Positions 1-8,672 of a stretch of 64,000 nt of DNA are shown piece by piece (positions within the stretch are counted from its first letter, which is position 1; every line of letters begins with the position of its first letter). This DNA is from a virus. Its lineage: Duplodnaviria > Caudoviricetes. The notes under the pieces were generated by a model. The model was given only the letters and a program-made list of their open reading frames with translations. It was not told where the DNA came from and ran no database searches. The position numbers were made by a program, and so were the translations under genes. Location: the IMG/VR virus record IMGVR_UViG_2868227546_000002, positions 2,976-66,975 of that record; one strand, 5' to 3'.

Positions 1-151
1 GACCAGAGCACCCGTTATGGTCTGTAATAGCAAAACCCTTTTGCCCTAGAGAGTGTACTCTATTGATTACATCATCTATGCTACTGATTGCGTCATTCAT
101 TCCATAGTTGGAAAACTCAGTATGTAGATGAGTGTGTATAAAATTATCCAT
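1..151 (-). CDS. dnaE: DNA polymerase III alpha-like (family C) polymerase, N-terminal PHP domain, truncated by the window edge
   Basis: Not in the ORF track. Manual translation from ATG at 151 gives MDNFIHTHLHTEFSNYGMNDAISSIDDVINRVHSLGQKGFAITDHNGCSG, with the PHP motifs HxHTExS and AITDH. SD GAAAGGAG lies upstream (plus-strand ctcctttc at 158-165). Confidence 0.85.
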   Translation of the reverse strand, partial: MDNFIHTHLHTEFSNYGMNDAISSIDDVINRVHSLGQKGFAITDHNGCSG

Positions 152-265
152 TTTAAACTCCTTTCTGTATCTATATTATATCACTTTTTGGGAATAATAG
201 AAAGGATTTAGATAGAATGTTATTCATAAAAGTAAAAATTAAAGATAAAAATAGCTTTAAAATAG

Positions 266-294
266 TTGATATAATGTTGAGCATAGTTTATGAT
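266..294 (+). promoter_or_regulatory. sigma70-type promoter for the SSB unit, divergent from dnaE
   Basis: TTGATA-17 bp-TATGAT upstream of ORF 341. Confidence 0.55.
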
Positions 295-340
295 GGTTAC
301 ATCAAATAGTTGTTTTTAAGAAAAGAAAGGAGAGTAAAAT

Positions 341-529
341 ATGGAAATGTTAAAAGAGTTCTTCACTTATCAAATTGTAGAAGAAGTATTACAAGATGGC
401 AACTTTATAGACGATATAAAAGAGCGCTATCCACAAATTGATGAAGTGGCATTGCATGATATTGTCATAGAAACAATAACGAAGGCAGTTAGAAAATCAT
501 TAGATACACTAGAAGAATACGAACAATAG
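341..529 (+). CDS. hypothetical acidic protein
   Basis: SD AAAGGAG, 62 aa ORF co-oriented with SSB. Confidence 0.75.
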   Translation: MEMLKEFFTYQIVEEVLQDGNFIDDIKERYPQIDEVALHDIVIETITKAVRKSLDTLEEYEQ

Positions 530-540
530 GAGAAACACAA

Positions 541-1173
541 ATGAATAACAATCAAAAGACTAAACGTGAGCAATACATCACACCGTTGGGAACAGCTAAG
601 TACATCTACATTAATGGACGTGAAGATATTCTGACAGACCAATTCACTGGACGCAAAACTCCAAACGGATATTCCGCGACAATTGAAATCACGGAAGAAC
701 AAGCTAAAGAAGTAAAAGCTAAGTTTACCAAAGCATGGACTGAATCACGTGAGTATGAGGTATTGAGCAACAACGGTAAAGATGTATCTACACCGAAAAT
801 GCCGTTATTCAAAAACAAAGAAGGTAAATGGATGTTGAAAGCTAAGACTAAGCCAACATTCTATGACGCAAAAACGCAATCTCAAAAAGAGCGTGTAGTC
901 ATGCTTCGTGACGGTTTACAAAATATCTTAGACCCTAAGACTACTATTTGGAGCGGTTCAACGATTCGATTGGTTACAACGATTAATCCATATGCTGGAG
1001 CGATGGGTTACGGTATCAGCTTATATCTATCGGGTATCCAAATTGCGGAGTTGGCACAAGCACAAGGTGGTAACAGCTGGGGAACAATAGAGGGAACACA
1101 TGCGATTACTAACTTTGAAAATCCGCAATATGTATCAGCACAAGAAGAGGAACAGGATGTAATTCCATTCTAA
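541..1173 (+). CDS. ssb: single-stranded DNA-binding protein, T7 gp2.5-like
   Basis: ITPLGTAKY start, GISLYLSGIQI OB-fold strand, acidic tail ending in Phe (EEEQDVIPF). Confidence 0.75.
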   Translation: MNNNQKTKREQYITPLGTAKYIYINGREDILTDQFTGRKTPNGYSATIEITEEQAKEVKAKFTKAWTESREYEVLSNNGKDVSTPKMPLFKNKEGKWMLKAKTKPTFYDAKTQSQKERVVMLRDGLQNILDPKTTIWSGSTIRLVTTINPYAGAMGYGISLYLSGIQIAELAQAQGGNSWGTIEGTHAITNFENPQYVSAQEEEQDVIPF

Positions 1174-1234
1174 GATAATCGTTGCAGATAAATTATATAC
1201 GTACACACACATTACAAAACCAAACCAAAGAATT

Positions 1235-1264
1235 AAGCAAGGGGAATATACTCTTGCTTTTTTC
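1235..1264 (+). terminator. intrinsic terminator after SSB
   Basis: AAGCAAGGGG...CTCTTGCTT hairpin followed by a T-run. Confidence 0.7.
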
Positions 1265-1397
1265 TAATGCATAAAAACTGTAGGGAATATCAGTATTTGA
1301 AACGAGTGACAATACCTTTATGATTGATATATACTGATTTTGCACACATATATTTATACAATACGTTAAATTACTTGACACGATATGATATAATATT

Positions 1398-1592
1398 AAT
1401 CTATAGATTACTATACTATAGATTAGTCTATAGATAACCTTTAGGATTGAATCTATAGAACTTATCTTATAGATTATCTTTAGGATGATTATCTATAGAT
1501 TGTAATCTTTAGATTTGTATCTATAGGTTTCTTATCTTTATGTTATTCATCTTATAGATTCTCATCTTATTAGTTGATTAATCTATAGATTG
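1398..1592. repeat. degenerate ~14-15 bp tandem array built on ATCT(A/T)TAGAT (array I)
   Basis: About 13 copies, e.g. atctatagattgta, atctttagatttgt, atctataggtttctt, atcttatagattctc; non-coding. Confidence 0.8.
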
Positions 1593-1739
1593 ATTTAAAG
1601 AACTACGTTCTTTAAATAGGAAACCCAGTGTTTTTTGACTTAAAGTCTTTCATCATTGTGACTTTGATTGCTACGCAATGGCGCTACGCACCAATCAGTG
1701 ATTTAGTTTTGACGAACCTTTGGACGCAATTAAAATTGC

Positions 1740-1769
1740 TTGACAAGTCAAAGTGAAATGTTTTACAAT
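1740..1769 (+). promoter_or_regulatory. sigma70-type promoter for the primase/helicase operon
   Basis: TTGACA-18 bp-TACAAT. Confidence 0.65.
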
Positions 1770-1826
1770 GTTTTCGGAATATAAATTTGGTACTTTTTAG
1801 AATATTGGAATATCAGAAAGGGAAGT

Positions 1827-2171
1827 ATGGGAATGAACATTGAAGAATTTAGTAAATTGCCACATAAAAAGAAGTCGTGGCACGTTGCGAAGTTGTACTT
1901 GAATAAGTGTACCGTTAAAGGCTTTATCGTAAATGGGAAGCCTAATGCAGATTTCTTTAAAATTCAAAATTGGTTGAATCACAATGAAGAGGGAAATTTA
2001 GCATTACTATTTAGATATTTGACAAACATTGAAGATAAGGAAATATGTACCTTATCATCGCTATTTGATAAAGCAATGAATTTAAGCAGTAAGGTTCATA
2101 TAAATGCAAATTCAGCGCAAACAGCTAAACAATATGAACGAAAATCTGTAGAGGAATGGTTAAATGGTTAG
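1827..2171 (+). CDS. hypothetical protein, first gene of the replication operon
   Basis: ORF with SD; overlaps the next gene. Confidence 0.7.
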   Translation: MGMNIEEFSKLPHKKKSWHVAKLYLNKCTVKGFIVNGKPNADFFKIQNWLNHNEEGNLALLFRYLTNIEDKEICTLSSLFDKAMNLSSKVHINANSAQTAKQYERKSVEEWLNG

Positions 2172-2793
2172 TAGAGTGCATAGTAGAAAGTATGGACCGA
2201 GACCTACTAGACAATTCTACAAAATATCTGTAATGAAATACTTAGCACATTTAAGTTATGACAGAGATAGGCAAATTTATGGTATTTACTTTCCAAAAAG
2301 AAAAGTAGTAAACGTTGAAGAGGAGATAATCAACAGACCTTTCAAGTACAGAAACACAAGGCAAATGACGTTAAAAGAATCTTACAAAAAGATTGACAAT
2401 AACATCATGTTCTATTTTAAAATTGGCGAAGCCAGATACGTAAACTTAGATACAGCGGAAATATACCGCACTGAACGTGGTAGACAAACAACGTACCTAT
2501 TGCTTGACGGTGGAGAAGTGACAGCTTATGACATTCAACGAAAAGAGTATAGAAGCGAAAAAGATATATGGATGGAATGCGACGATAACTATTTTCAAAC
2601 ATACAAACAGAACTACAAAACAGAAAAGAGAAAAGTTCAGTTAAGACGTGGACGCAATAAGCGTTGGGAAGCGAAAGAAAAAATCCGAGTAGAGGAAAAA
2701 AGGCGAATTAGAGCCTTAAAAAGACAGCAACGAAAGGAACAAGAGAAAGGAGAAACGCATGGACACAATTCAGACATTGTTATACAAGATTGA
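2164..2793 (+). CDS. hypothetical basic protein
   Basis: 209 aa, very K/R-rich C-terminal helix; coupled to its neighbours. Confidence 0.7.
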   Translation: MVSRVHSRKYGPRPTRQFYKISVMKYLAHLSYDRDRQIYGIYFPKRKVVNVEEEIINRPFKYRNTRQMTLKESYKKIDNNIMFYFKIGEARYVNLDTAEIYRTERGRQTTYLLLDGGEVTAYDIQRKEYRSEKDIWMECDDNYFQTYKQNYKTEKRKVQLRRGRNKRWEAKEKIRVEEKRRIRALKRQQRKEQEKGETHGHNSDIVIQD

Positions 2794-3658
2794 CTTAGTT
2801 GACCTAGTACAAGAGTATACGCCGTTACAATTAATCAATGGTGTGTATCGTGGTTGTTGCCCTATTCATGGTGGTCACAACAATACATCATTTTGTATCT
2901 TAGACAATCGGTATTATTGCCATTCATGTGGAGCTACAGGTGACGCCATTAAGTTTTATTGTGAAATGGAATCTCTTAGCTTTTATCAAGCGGTAGAAGC
3001 ATTGGCAGATAAGTATGAGGTATCTACAGACGATGAAAAGTATCAACGCGAGAAAGATTTATATCGAGAGAATGCTATTACAGCGAACTCATTCCATAAA
3101 AAGGTAAATACCGTGACAGATTACCTAGTCAACAAACGTGGATTATCACTAGACACAATCAACGAATTTCAGCTAGGGTATGACAGCGGTGGCTATCTAG
3201 GAGTTGATGTAGCTGGGATTATCATTCCAATTCAAGACCACTATGGACGAATCGTTGGATTTTCTAAACGTAGATTAGACAGTGGTAAGCCTAAGTATAA
3301 GAATACAAAGGAAAATGAAATATTCCACAAAGGTAGCTTGTTGTTTAATTACCATCGAGCAGTCAAGATGATTAAGCATACGAAAAAGCTACACGTGGTT
3401 GAGGGATACATTGATGTGTTATCAGCACATGAACAAGGACTTGCATGTGTAGGCTATCTCGGAGGTAGACCAACGCAACAACAGCTAAAGATACTTATGG
3501 AGATACAGCGATTATATAAAGGTGACGTAACATTTATATTAGCCGTTGACAATCCACTAGAGGATGACGCAGGTAGAAATGCGTTGATTAAAACAAGAGA
3601 ATCAATCATGAAGTACACTCCAGAGTTAAATGTACGTGTACCAATTTATCCAACGTGA
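2759..3658 (+). CDS. dnaG: DNA primase (CHC2 zinc finger + Toprim) lacking its terminal KDxND motif
   Basis: CPIHGG...CHSCG zinc finger, PKYKNT, VVEGYIDV, VDN; ends at VRVPIYPT. Confidence 0.92.
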   Translation: MDTIQTLLYKIDLVDLVQEYTPLQLINGVYRGCCPIHGGHNNTSFCILDNRYYCHSCGATGDAIKFYCEMESLSFYQAVEALADKYEVSTDDEKYQREKDLYRENAITANSFHKKVNTVTDYLVNKRGLSLDTINEFQLGYDSGGYLGVDVAGIIIPIQDHYGRIVGFSKRRLDSGKPKYKNTKENEIFHKGSLLFNYHRAVKMIKHTKKLHVVEGYIDVLSAHEQGLACVGYLGGRPTQQQLKILMEIQRLYKGDVTFILAVDNPLEDDAGRNALIKTRESIMKYTPELNVRVPIYPT

Positions 3659-3978
3659 TAGAAAGAGAGGAATTAATGCTAGATTTTCCATTTTATAGTA
3701 TGCCTATTCGAGTGCTAAAGAAAACAACAAAATATACAGTGTTTAATAGTTTTGACTTAAAACGCAATGATAAGCTACAGTTTAAAATTGCAACGATTGA
3801 TAGAGATGTGGTTGGATTATCCAAGCATAAAATCAATGTAGAAGTTTACTGTAACGATGTATACATGGAAACAGTTGGATTAAGGCGACTACAGACAATC
3901 TTAACAGATTACATCGAGTGGCTGCCGTATGCGTTATACGCCAAAAGTAGTGCATTTAGAATTAAAAACGAGGAATAG
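3655..3978 (+). CDS. hypothetical protein between primase and helicase
   Basis: GTGA start/stop overlap with primase. Confidence 0.65.
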   Translation: MIEREELMLDFPFYSMPIRVLKKTTKYTVFNSFDLKRNDKLQFKIATIDRDVVGLSKHKINVEVYCNDVYMETVGLRRLQTILTDYIEWLPYALYAKSSAFRIKNEE

Positions 3979-3980
3979 AT

Positions 3981-4532
3981 ATGAAATTTTACAAGATAGA
4001 TGGACGGTCAGATTTTGGCAAGCAATATATCAAAAGCTTTAGATTTGAAACTATCATGACAAACGTTGTACTTAATGACTTTTGTAGATTTACTGGTATC
4101 AGTAAATACGGCGTCAAAATAGTAAACGACACAATTGTTATCAGTGAAGATGAATACAATAAATTATCAGACTTCTATAAAGCGTTCTTTGAAAAGATTC
4201 TTAAGATGTACTATCTAAAGCCTAATAACGAATGGGGAGCATATCTTGACGTACTATTGCGTGTTCTAGAAGAAACAAGAGAGCCTAGCTTGCTAGATTA
4301 TATTGATGATTGGAATGGAGAAAATCTATCACTATTAACAAGCGAGCGATATAAAGTCGTTGATTCTGAAATTGTAACTGATACGGTTGACGTATTCGTT
4401 AAAACAAGGGGAAAGATATACACTGATAACAACGACATACGTGAGTGCTTACCAGAAGAGTTTATGACAGCAAGAGGTAAACAAATTGACATCATGTTAT
4501 ATTCGATAGGTGAACTCAATGAAAGACTATAA
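3981..4532 (+). CDS. hypothetical protein between primase and helicase
   Basis: SD GAGG, 183 aa; its 3' end overlaps the helicase start. Confidence 0.75.
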   Translation: MKFYKIDGRSDFGKQYIKSFRFETIMTNVVLNDFCRFTGISKYGVKIVNDTIVISEDEYNKLSDFYKAFFEKILKMYYLKPNNEWGAYLDVLLRVLEETREPSLLDYIDDWNGENLSLLTSERYKVVDSEIVTDTVDVFVKTRGKIYTDNNDIRECLPEEFMTARGKQIDIMLYSIGELNERL

Positions 4533-5658
4533 CGACTTACACATAGCTGGTGTATGCATTGGAGACCTAGAAACAGAACCGCTTGATATAGCTTGCCTTA
4601 ATATTGGGCTTGAGAAGATTGGCGACTCTACAAATGAATACAGATTCGCTAGTGACTTTTGCAAGACTATTCGTGACGGGATGATTAAGTCAGATGTAGC
4701 AAAGATATTATCTAAGCGGTGGGATAAGCCGTTAAGTGAGGTTAAAGAGTATTTATCAGTATCGGTAACAGATAGCGAGGAACTACTTACAAAAGTGCAC
4801 AACTTTGAAGATTCGTTCTTAGATTTCAGAGAATTTGTTGGCGAAGAGGGCGAAGGCTTAGGATTTCCATCCATTGATGAATCTATTGGAGGTGTAAAGC
4901 GAAAAGAGGTAGTAGTCCTAGGGGCTTACTCTAATCATGGTAAATCGTTTGTTGCTTCAAAAATTGTAGCACATAGAATACTTCACTATAACGATAATGT
5001 AGTAGTATTCTCCATGGAAATGCCTAGGGGTCAGTTCTTAGCAGAGGTTATCAAAGAGATACTACACATGAACGATGATACACTACAAGCCTACATGAAA
5101 ACAGACAACGGATTTCACATCTATGAACAAGTGCAAGAAAAATTAAAAGATAGGCTGCGAATTGTTGATGAACCGAACAAGTCTGTAGCAGATATGACTG
5201 AAATCGTACGATTGTTACAGGCAGATGGCTTTAGTAGCGACTTTATCGTATATGACCACTTTCACCTAATACCGGGTGTAGATGACCTTGCGATACAAAA
5301 CAGTGAAGCCAATTCACTAAAAGATTTTGTCAAGCGATTCAACTGTAGACTACTCATGCTGGCACAATTCAATGAAGAGTCTCAAAAATCATATGGTACA
5401 AAGAAAAAAGTGTTTGAACCTATGATTACAAATATCAAAGGGTCTAATAACTTAAAAGCTATAGCAGACCAAGTGTTACTGGTTTGGCGACCGTATTATA
5501 CTGACACTTCGCTTGACTCAATAGAACGTGAAGCCTTGCGATTTATCACATCGATTAAAATTGCAAAGAGTAGACGTACGTTGAAAGGGTCTATCTTTTT
5601 TCGTCTTAAATATAATCCAGAGACGGCTTCACTGACAGAGGTTGTTAGAAACAATTAA
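4510..5658 (+). CDS. dnaB: DnaB-like (SF4) replicative helicase
   Basis: Walker A GAYSNHGKS, FSMEM, YDHFHLI, LAQFNE, KGS..LKAIADQVLLVWR. Confidence 0.9.
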   Translation: MNSMKDYNDLHIAGVCIGDLETEPLDIACLNIGLEKIGDSTNEYRFASDFCKTIRDGMIKSDVAKILSKRWDKPLSEVKEYLSVSVTDSEELLTKVHNFEDSFLDFREFVGEEGEGLGFPSIDESIGGVKRKEVVVLGAYSNHGKSFVASKIVAHRILHYNDNVVVFSMEMPRGQFLAEVIKEILHMNDDTLQAYMKTDNGFHIYEQVQEKLKDRLRIVDEPNKSVADMTEIVRLLQADGFSSDFIVYDHFHLIPGVDDLAIQNSEANSLKDFVKRFNCRLLMLAQFNEESQKSYGTKKKVFEPMITNIKGSNNLKAIADQVLLVWRPYYTDTSLDSIEREALRFITSIKIAKSRRTLKGSIFFRLKYNPETASLTEVVRNN

Positions 5659-5714
5659 TCTTTCTATAAAAATTAAAGATTAATATTTTTTTAGAAAAAT
5701 TATATTCTAAAAAG

Positions 5715-5743
5715 TTGACATAGTACATAAAAAGTGATATTAT
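5715..5743 (+). promoter_or_regulatory. sigma70 promoter driving the ncRNA-DUF2828 unit
   Basis: TTGACA-17 bp-TATTAT with A/T-rich upstream sequence. Confidence 0.85.
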
Positions 5744-5826
5744 ATAGGTGTAGGGAAAACCACCTACTGGATACTTGACGTTTCCGCTAATTCCTTTCAA
5801 TGTGACGGTGCAAGCCGTCACTACAT

Positions 5827-6070
5827 GAGAGGTGACAGTTCAGTATCGTCATTTTATCAAGCAATTAAACAAATGATAGACTCAACCAGCAATATTTCAA
5901 ATCAAGGCTATAGAGATAATATTAGAGTCTAGTAATCAAACACTGCGAACAGCAAAAAACATTCAAGAATAAAGATTTCCATAAACCATAATCTATATAA
6001 TGATGCAGTGTGTATGTTTAATTGTTTGACGAGATGATGATATGTCGAGGTGCAACTCCTTGACCTCTCA
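5827..6070 (+). ncRNA. tRNA-like structured RNA (acceptor + T arm, long helix replacing the anticodon arm)
   Basis: 7-bp acceptor GAGAGGT(5827-33)/ACCTCTC(6063-69); T arm CGAGG-TGCAACT-CCTTG; 28-bp helix 5844-5871/6015-6042 with 4 G-U pairs and 1 mismatch; two inner stems. Confidence 0.8.
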
Positions 6071-6271
6071 ACTTTCTTATTATTTATGTTTATAAATTAT
6101 AAGTAGATGTAAACTACAAATTAGAACACCTCTTACATCAAATATTAGGATTGAACGTTTAATTAAAATAACCTTAAAGAGGTGTGTGGAAAACTCAACA
6201 ACTTCTCATACAGCAACTGATATGGGATAAACTGATAATTTATTAACCAAAGAACCAAAGAGGAGAGTAGG

Positions 6272-7747
6272 ATGAGCGACAAATTATTTAAAGCATTAGA
6301 AAAAGCACCTAATGCAGAAACAGCGAACGGTGCTAATGCATATGATAGTACAAATAATGCGTTCTTAGATTTCTTTTATGAAGCTGGTAACGCAAGAACA
6401 AAAGAAAAACAAGCTATTTACACTTTAGTAGAAAACTCTAAAGTGTGTGATAAAGAAAATACGATTCGCTTGATTGGATATATGCGAGATGTACGCAACG
6501 GATTAGGCGAACGTAAAGGCTTTAGATTGGCAATGCAGTACTTAATTGCTGGTGGCTTAAAAGTAAAACCTAAGAAGCTGTTCGATTGGTGCATGGAGTA
6601 CGGTCGAGCAGATGATTACTATGAGATTGTCTATAGTGCTTACAAAGGTGAAGAACTAAAGACTTTCACAGAGGTAATCAAAAAGGCTTTAGCTAAAGAT
6701 ATGAAAGCCAAAGCACCTACACTACTTGCGAAGTGGCTACCGTCAATTAATGCAAGTAGTAAAGAAACTAGAAATAAAGCTAAAGTCTTATGTAAGTATT
6801 TAGATATGACTGAAAAGGACTACCGCAAAACACTTAGCTGTATTCGCAAGAAGATTAAACTAGTCGAAACGTTCTTAACGAACAAGGACTACAGTTTTGA
6901 CTACTCTAGCATTCCATCACTTGCGATGTTGAAGTATAGAATGGCGTTCGCACGAAACGATGGTGAGAGATATAGCGAGTACATCAAGGCAGTCAACAGT
7001 GGCGACAAAAAGATGAACATGCAAGTGTCAGAGCCTAAAGACATTTACAAGATGTGGAAACAAACACGTGAAGCAAATGATTTAGTTGAAGCTGCATGGA
7101 AGTCTTTGAAACAGCAAGAATTGACTGATGTTAAATTCTTACCAGTGTTAGATACAAGTGCTAGCATGTGGGGTGTTCCAGAACAAATTGGCGCGTCTTT
7201 AGCTGTATATTTTTCAGAAAAATTGCCACAGCCGTATCGGGATAAAATCGTGACATTTAGCAGTAAGGCTAGATATTTTGACTTATCTAAATTCGATACA
7301 GTGTGTAAAAAATTCAATCATCTTAATGAAAATTGTATTGTAGAAGATACAAACATTGAGTCTGTATTGCATTTGGTGTTTGGAACAGCTAGAGATAATG
7401 GATTAACAAATGAAGATATTCCAACATTGTTATTCTTGAGCGACATGCAATTCAATGAAGGAGTGGATAAAGTACATGGTTGTTCTTATCACGAAGCCTT
7501 TAAAAAGATTGCAGATAGCTATGGGTACAAATTACCTAGAATTGTATACTGGAATATCAATGCATACGGATATAAGAACTCACCAGTTCGTCACGATGAG
7601 CAAGGAGTGGTAATGCTTAGTGGTTCATCCACAAATGCAATTCAAGCGTTGTATCACATCAACGAAACACCACTAGAAACAGCACTTGCGACTGTACAAA
7701 ACAGTAAAGCAGGGAATGAATTACTAGAAGTGTTTAAAAAGAAATAA
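6272..7747 (+). CDS. DUF2828-family protein (TROVE/Ro60-like helical region + vWA domain)
   Basis: TANGA..Y.ST, RDVRNGLGER, LAKWLPS, IPSLAM.KY..AF, MIDAS-like DTSASM, TFS, SDMQF, IVYWNI. Confidence 0.8.
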   Translation: MSDKLFKALEKAPNAETANGANAYDSTNNAFLDFFYEAGNARTKEKQAIYTLVENSKVCDKENTIRLIGYMRDVRNGLGERKGFRLAMQYLIAGGLKVKPKKLFDWCMEYGRADDYYEIVYSAYKGEELKTFTEVIKKALAKDMKAKAPTLLAKWLPSINASSKETRNKAKVLCKYLDMTEKDYRKTLSCIRKKIKLVETFLTNKDYSFDYSSIPSLAMLKYRMAFARNDGERYSEYIKAVNSGDKKMNMQVSEPKDIYKMWKQTREANDLVEAAWKSLKQQELTDVKFLPVLDTSASMWGVPEQIGASLAVYFSEKLPQPYRDKIVTFSSKARYFDLSKFDTVCKKFNHLNENCIVEDTNIESVLHLVFGTARDNGLTNEDIPTLLFLSDMQFNEGVDKVHGCSYHEAFKKIADSYGYKLPRIVYWNINAYGYKNSPVRHDEQGVVMLSGSSTNAIQALYHINETPLETALATVQNSKAGNELLEVFKKK

Positions 7748-7755
7748 ACAACAAG

Positions 7756-7798
7756 AAATATCCATGAGTGACAACAGTATTTACTCATGGATATTTTT
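7756..7798 (+). terminator. intrinsic terminator closing the DUF2828 unit
   Basis: AAATATCCATGAGT...ACTCATGGATATTTTT inverted repeat. Confidence 0.8.
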
Positions 7799-7820
7799 AT
7801 AACCAAAAGGAGAGGAAATT

Positions 7821-8672
7821 ATGGAAAACTACTTTATGTGTCCAGACAAAAAGGTCATATCATGCAGTGACTGTATTAAACAGTGTAGGAGAAAAGAACG
7901 TTGTCTTGCATTACCGTTGTTAGTATACGCAAGTCGAACTAGAGATTTAAACAGACGGCATTTCAGTGTGACTGAACTATTGTCACCTACACTGCAGATG
8001 TATCTAAAGGCTACACATGGCGAATTAATCAAGCCACAGTCAATACTACCTAGCGCTATCGGAACAGCGTGCCACGCTATCTTAGAGGACTGTTTACCAA
8101 TTGGATATGCTGGCGAGTTTAGGCTTGAGAGTGACGGAATTACAGGTCAAATGGACTGTATCGACTTAAAAGGTAAAACTCTATATGACTATAAAATCAC
8201 TAGTGTTTACAAAGTAGCCAGTATGCTGGGGTACAGCATGTACAGAGGATACAAGGAAATTACTAGAGGTAAGAATAAGGGTGAACAGCGATTTGGACTT
8301 CATTGGACTAAAGAGCCTAATGGACTGCATGACTATGGTGACTACTGTAAACAACAAAATTTATATCGTATCTTGCTTGCTAAGAATGGTATAGAAATCA
8401 ACGATATGTATCTACAGTGCATTATCAAAGAACCCGAATCTAAGCTAAAAGAAACACCGCTTAAAAAGCCGTGCTATCTAATCAAATTACCAAAGATGAA
8501 TGATGAAAGACTTTGGAATTATGCACAGTATAAAAAGCGAGTGTTATTACATGCGATTGATACAGGAGAATTACCTAAGATGTGTACACCTAAAGAAACA
8601 TGGAACGGTAGACGTTGTAAAGATTACTGTAATGTAGCCGTGCATTGTCCTTATATGAATGGGGGAAAGTAA
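7821..8672 (+). CDS. PD-(D/E)xK exonuclease, Cas4/RecB-like
   Basis: SVTELL, GTACHAILE, ITGQMD...YDYK, C-terminal C..YC.V...CPY cluster. Confidence 0.8.
   Translation: MENYFMCPDKKVISCSDCIKQCRRKERCLALPLLVYASRTRDLNRRHFSVTELLSPTLQMYLKATHGELIKPQSILPSAIGTACHAILEDCLPIGYAGEFRLESDGITGQMDCIDLKGKTLYDYKITSVYKVASMLGYSMYRGYKEITRGKNKGEQRFGLHWTKEPNGLHDYGDYCKQQNLYRILLAKNGIEINDMYLQCIIKEPESKLKETPLKKPCYLIKLPKMNDERLWNYAQYKKRVLLHAIDTGELPKMCTPKETWNGRRCKDYCNVAVHCPYMNGGK

Noticed and set aside
1375-1394. TTGACA...TATAAT promoter before array I
   Set aside because: Only 8 bp between the hexamers.
3656-4518. Group I intron or ribosomal bypass joining primase and helicase
   Set aside because: The gap is entirely filled by two ORFs, leaving no room for an intron core. 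I found no in-frame U/G splice junction and no matched take-off/landing codons.
5827-6070. Canonical tRNA or functional tmRNA call
   Set aside because: No D stem or anticodon loop; no G3-U70, no CCA, no evident pseudoknots, and no ALAA-type tag (only a short GCA AAA AAC..TAA frame). It is shorter than typical tmRNA.
7821-8672. CRISPR-Cas system
   Set aside because: The Cas4-like nuclease is solitary, and no repeat-spacer array with constant spacer length was seen.
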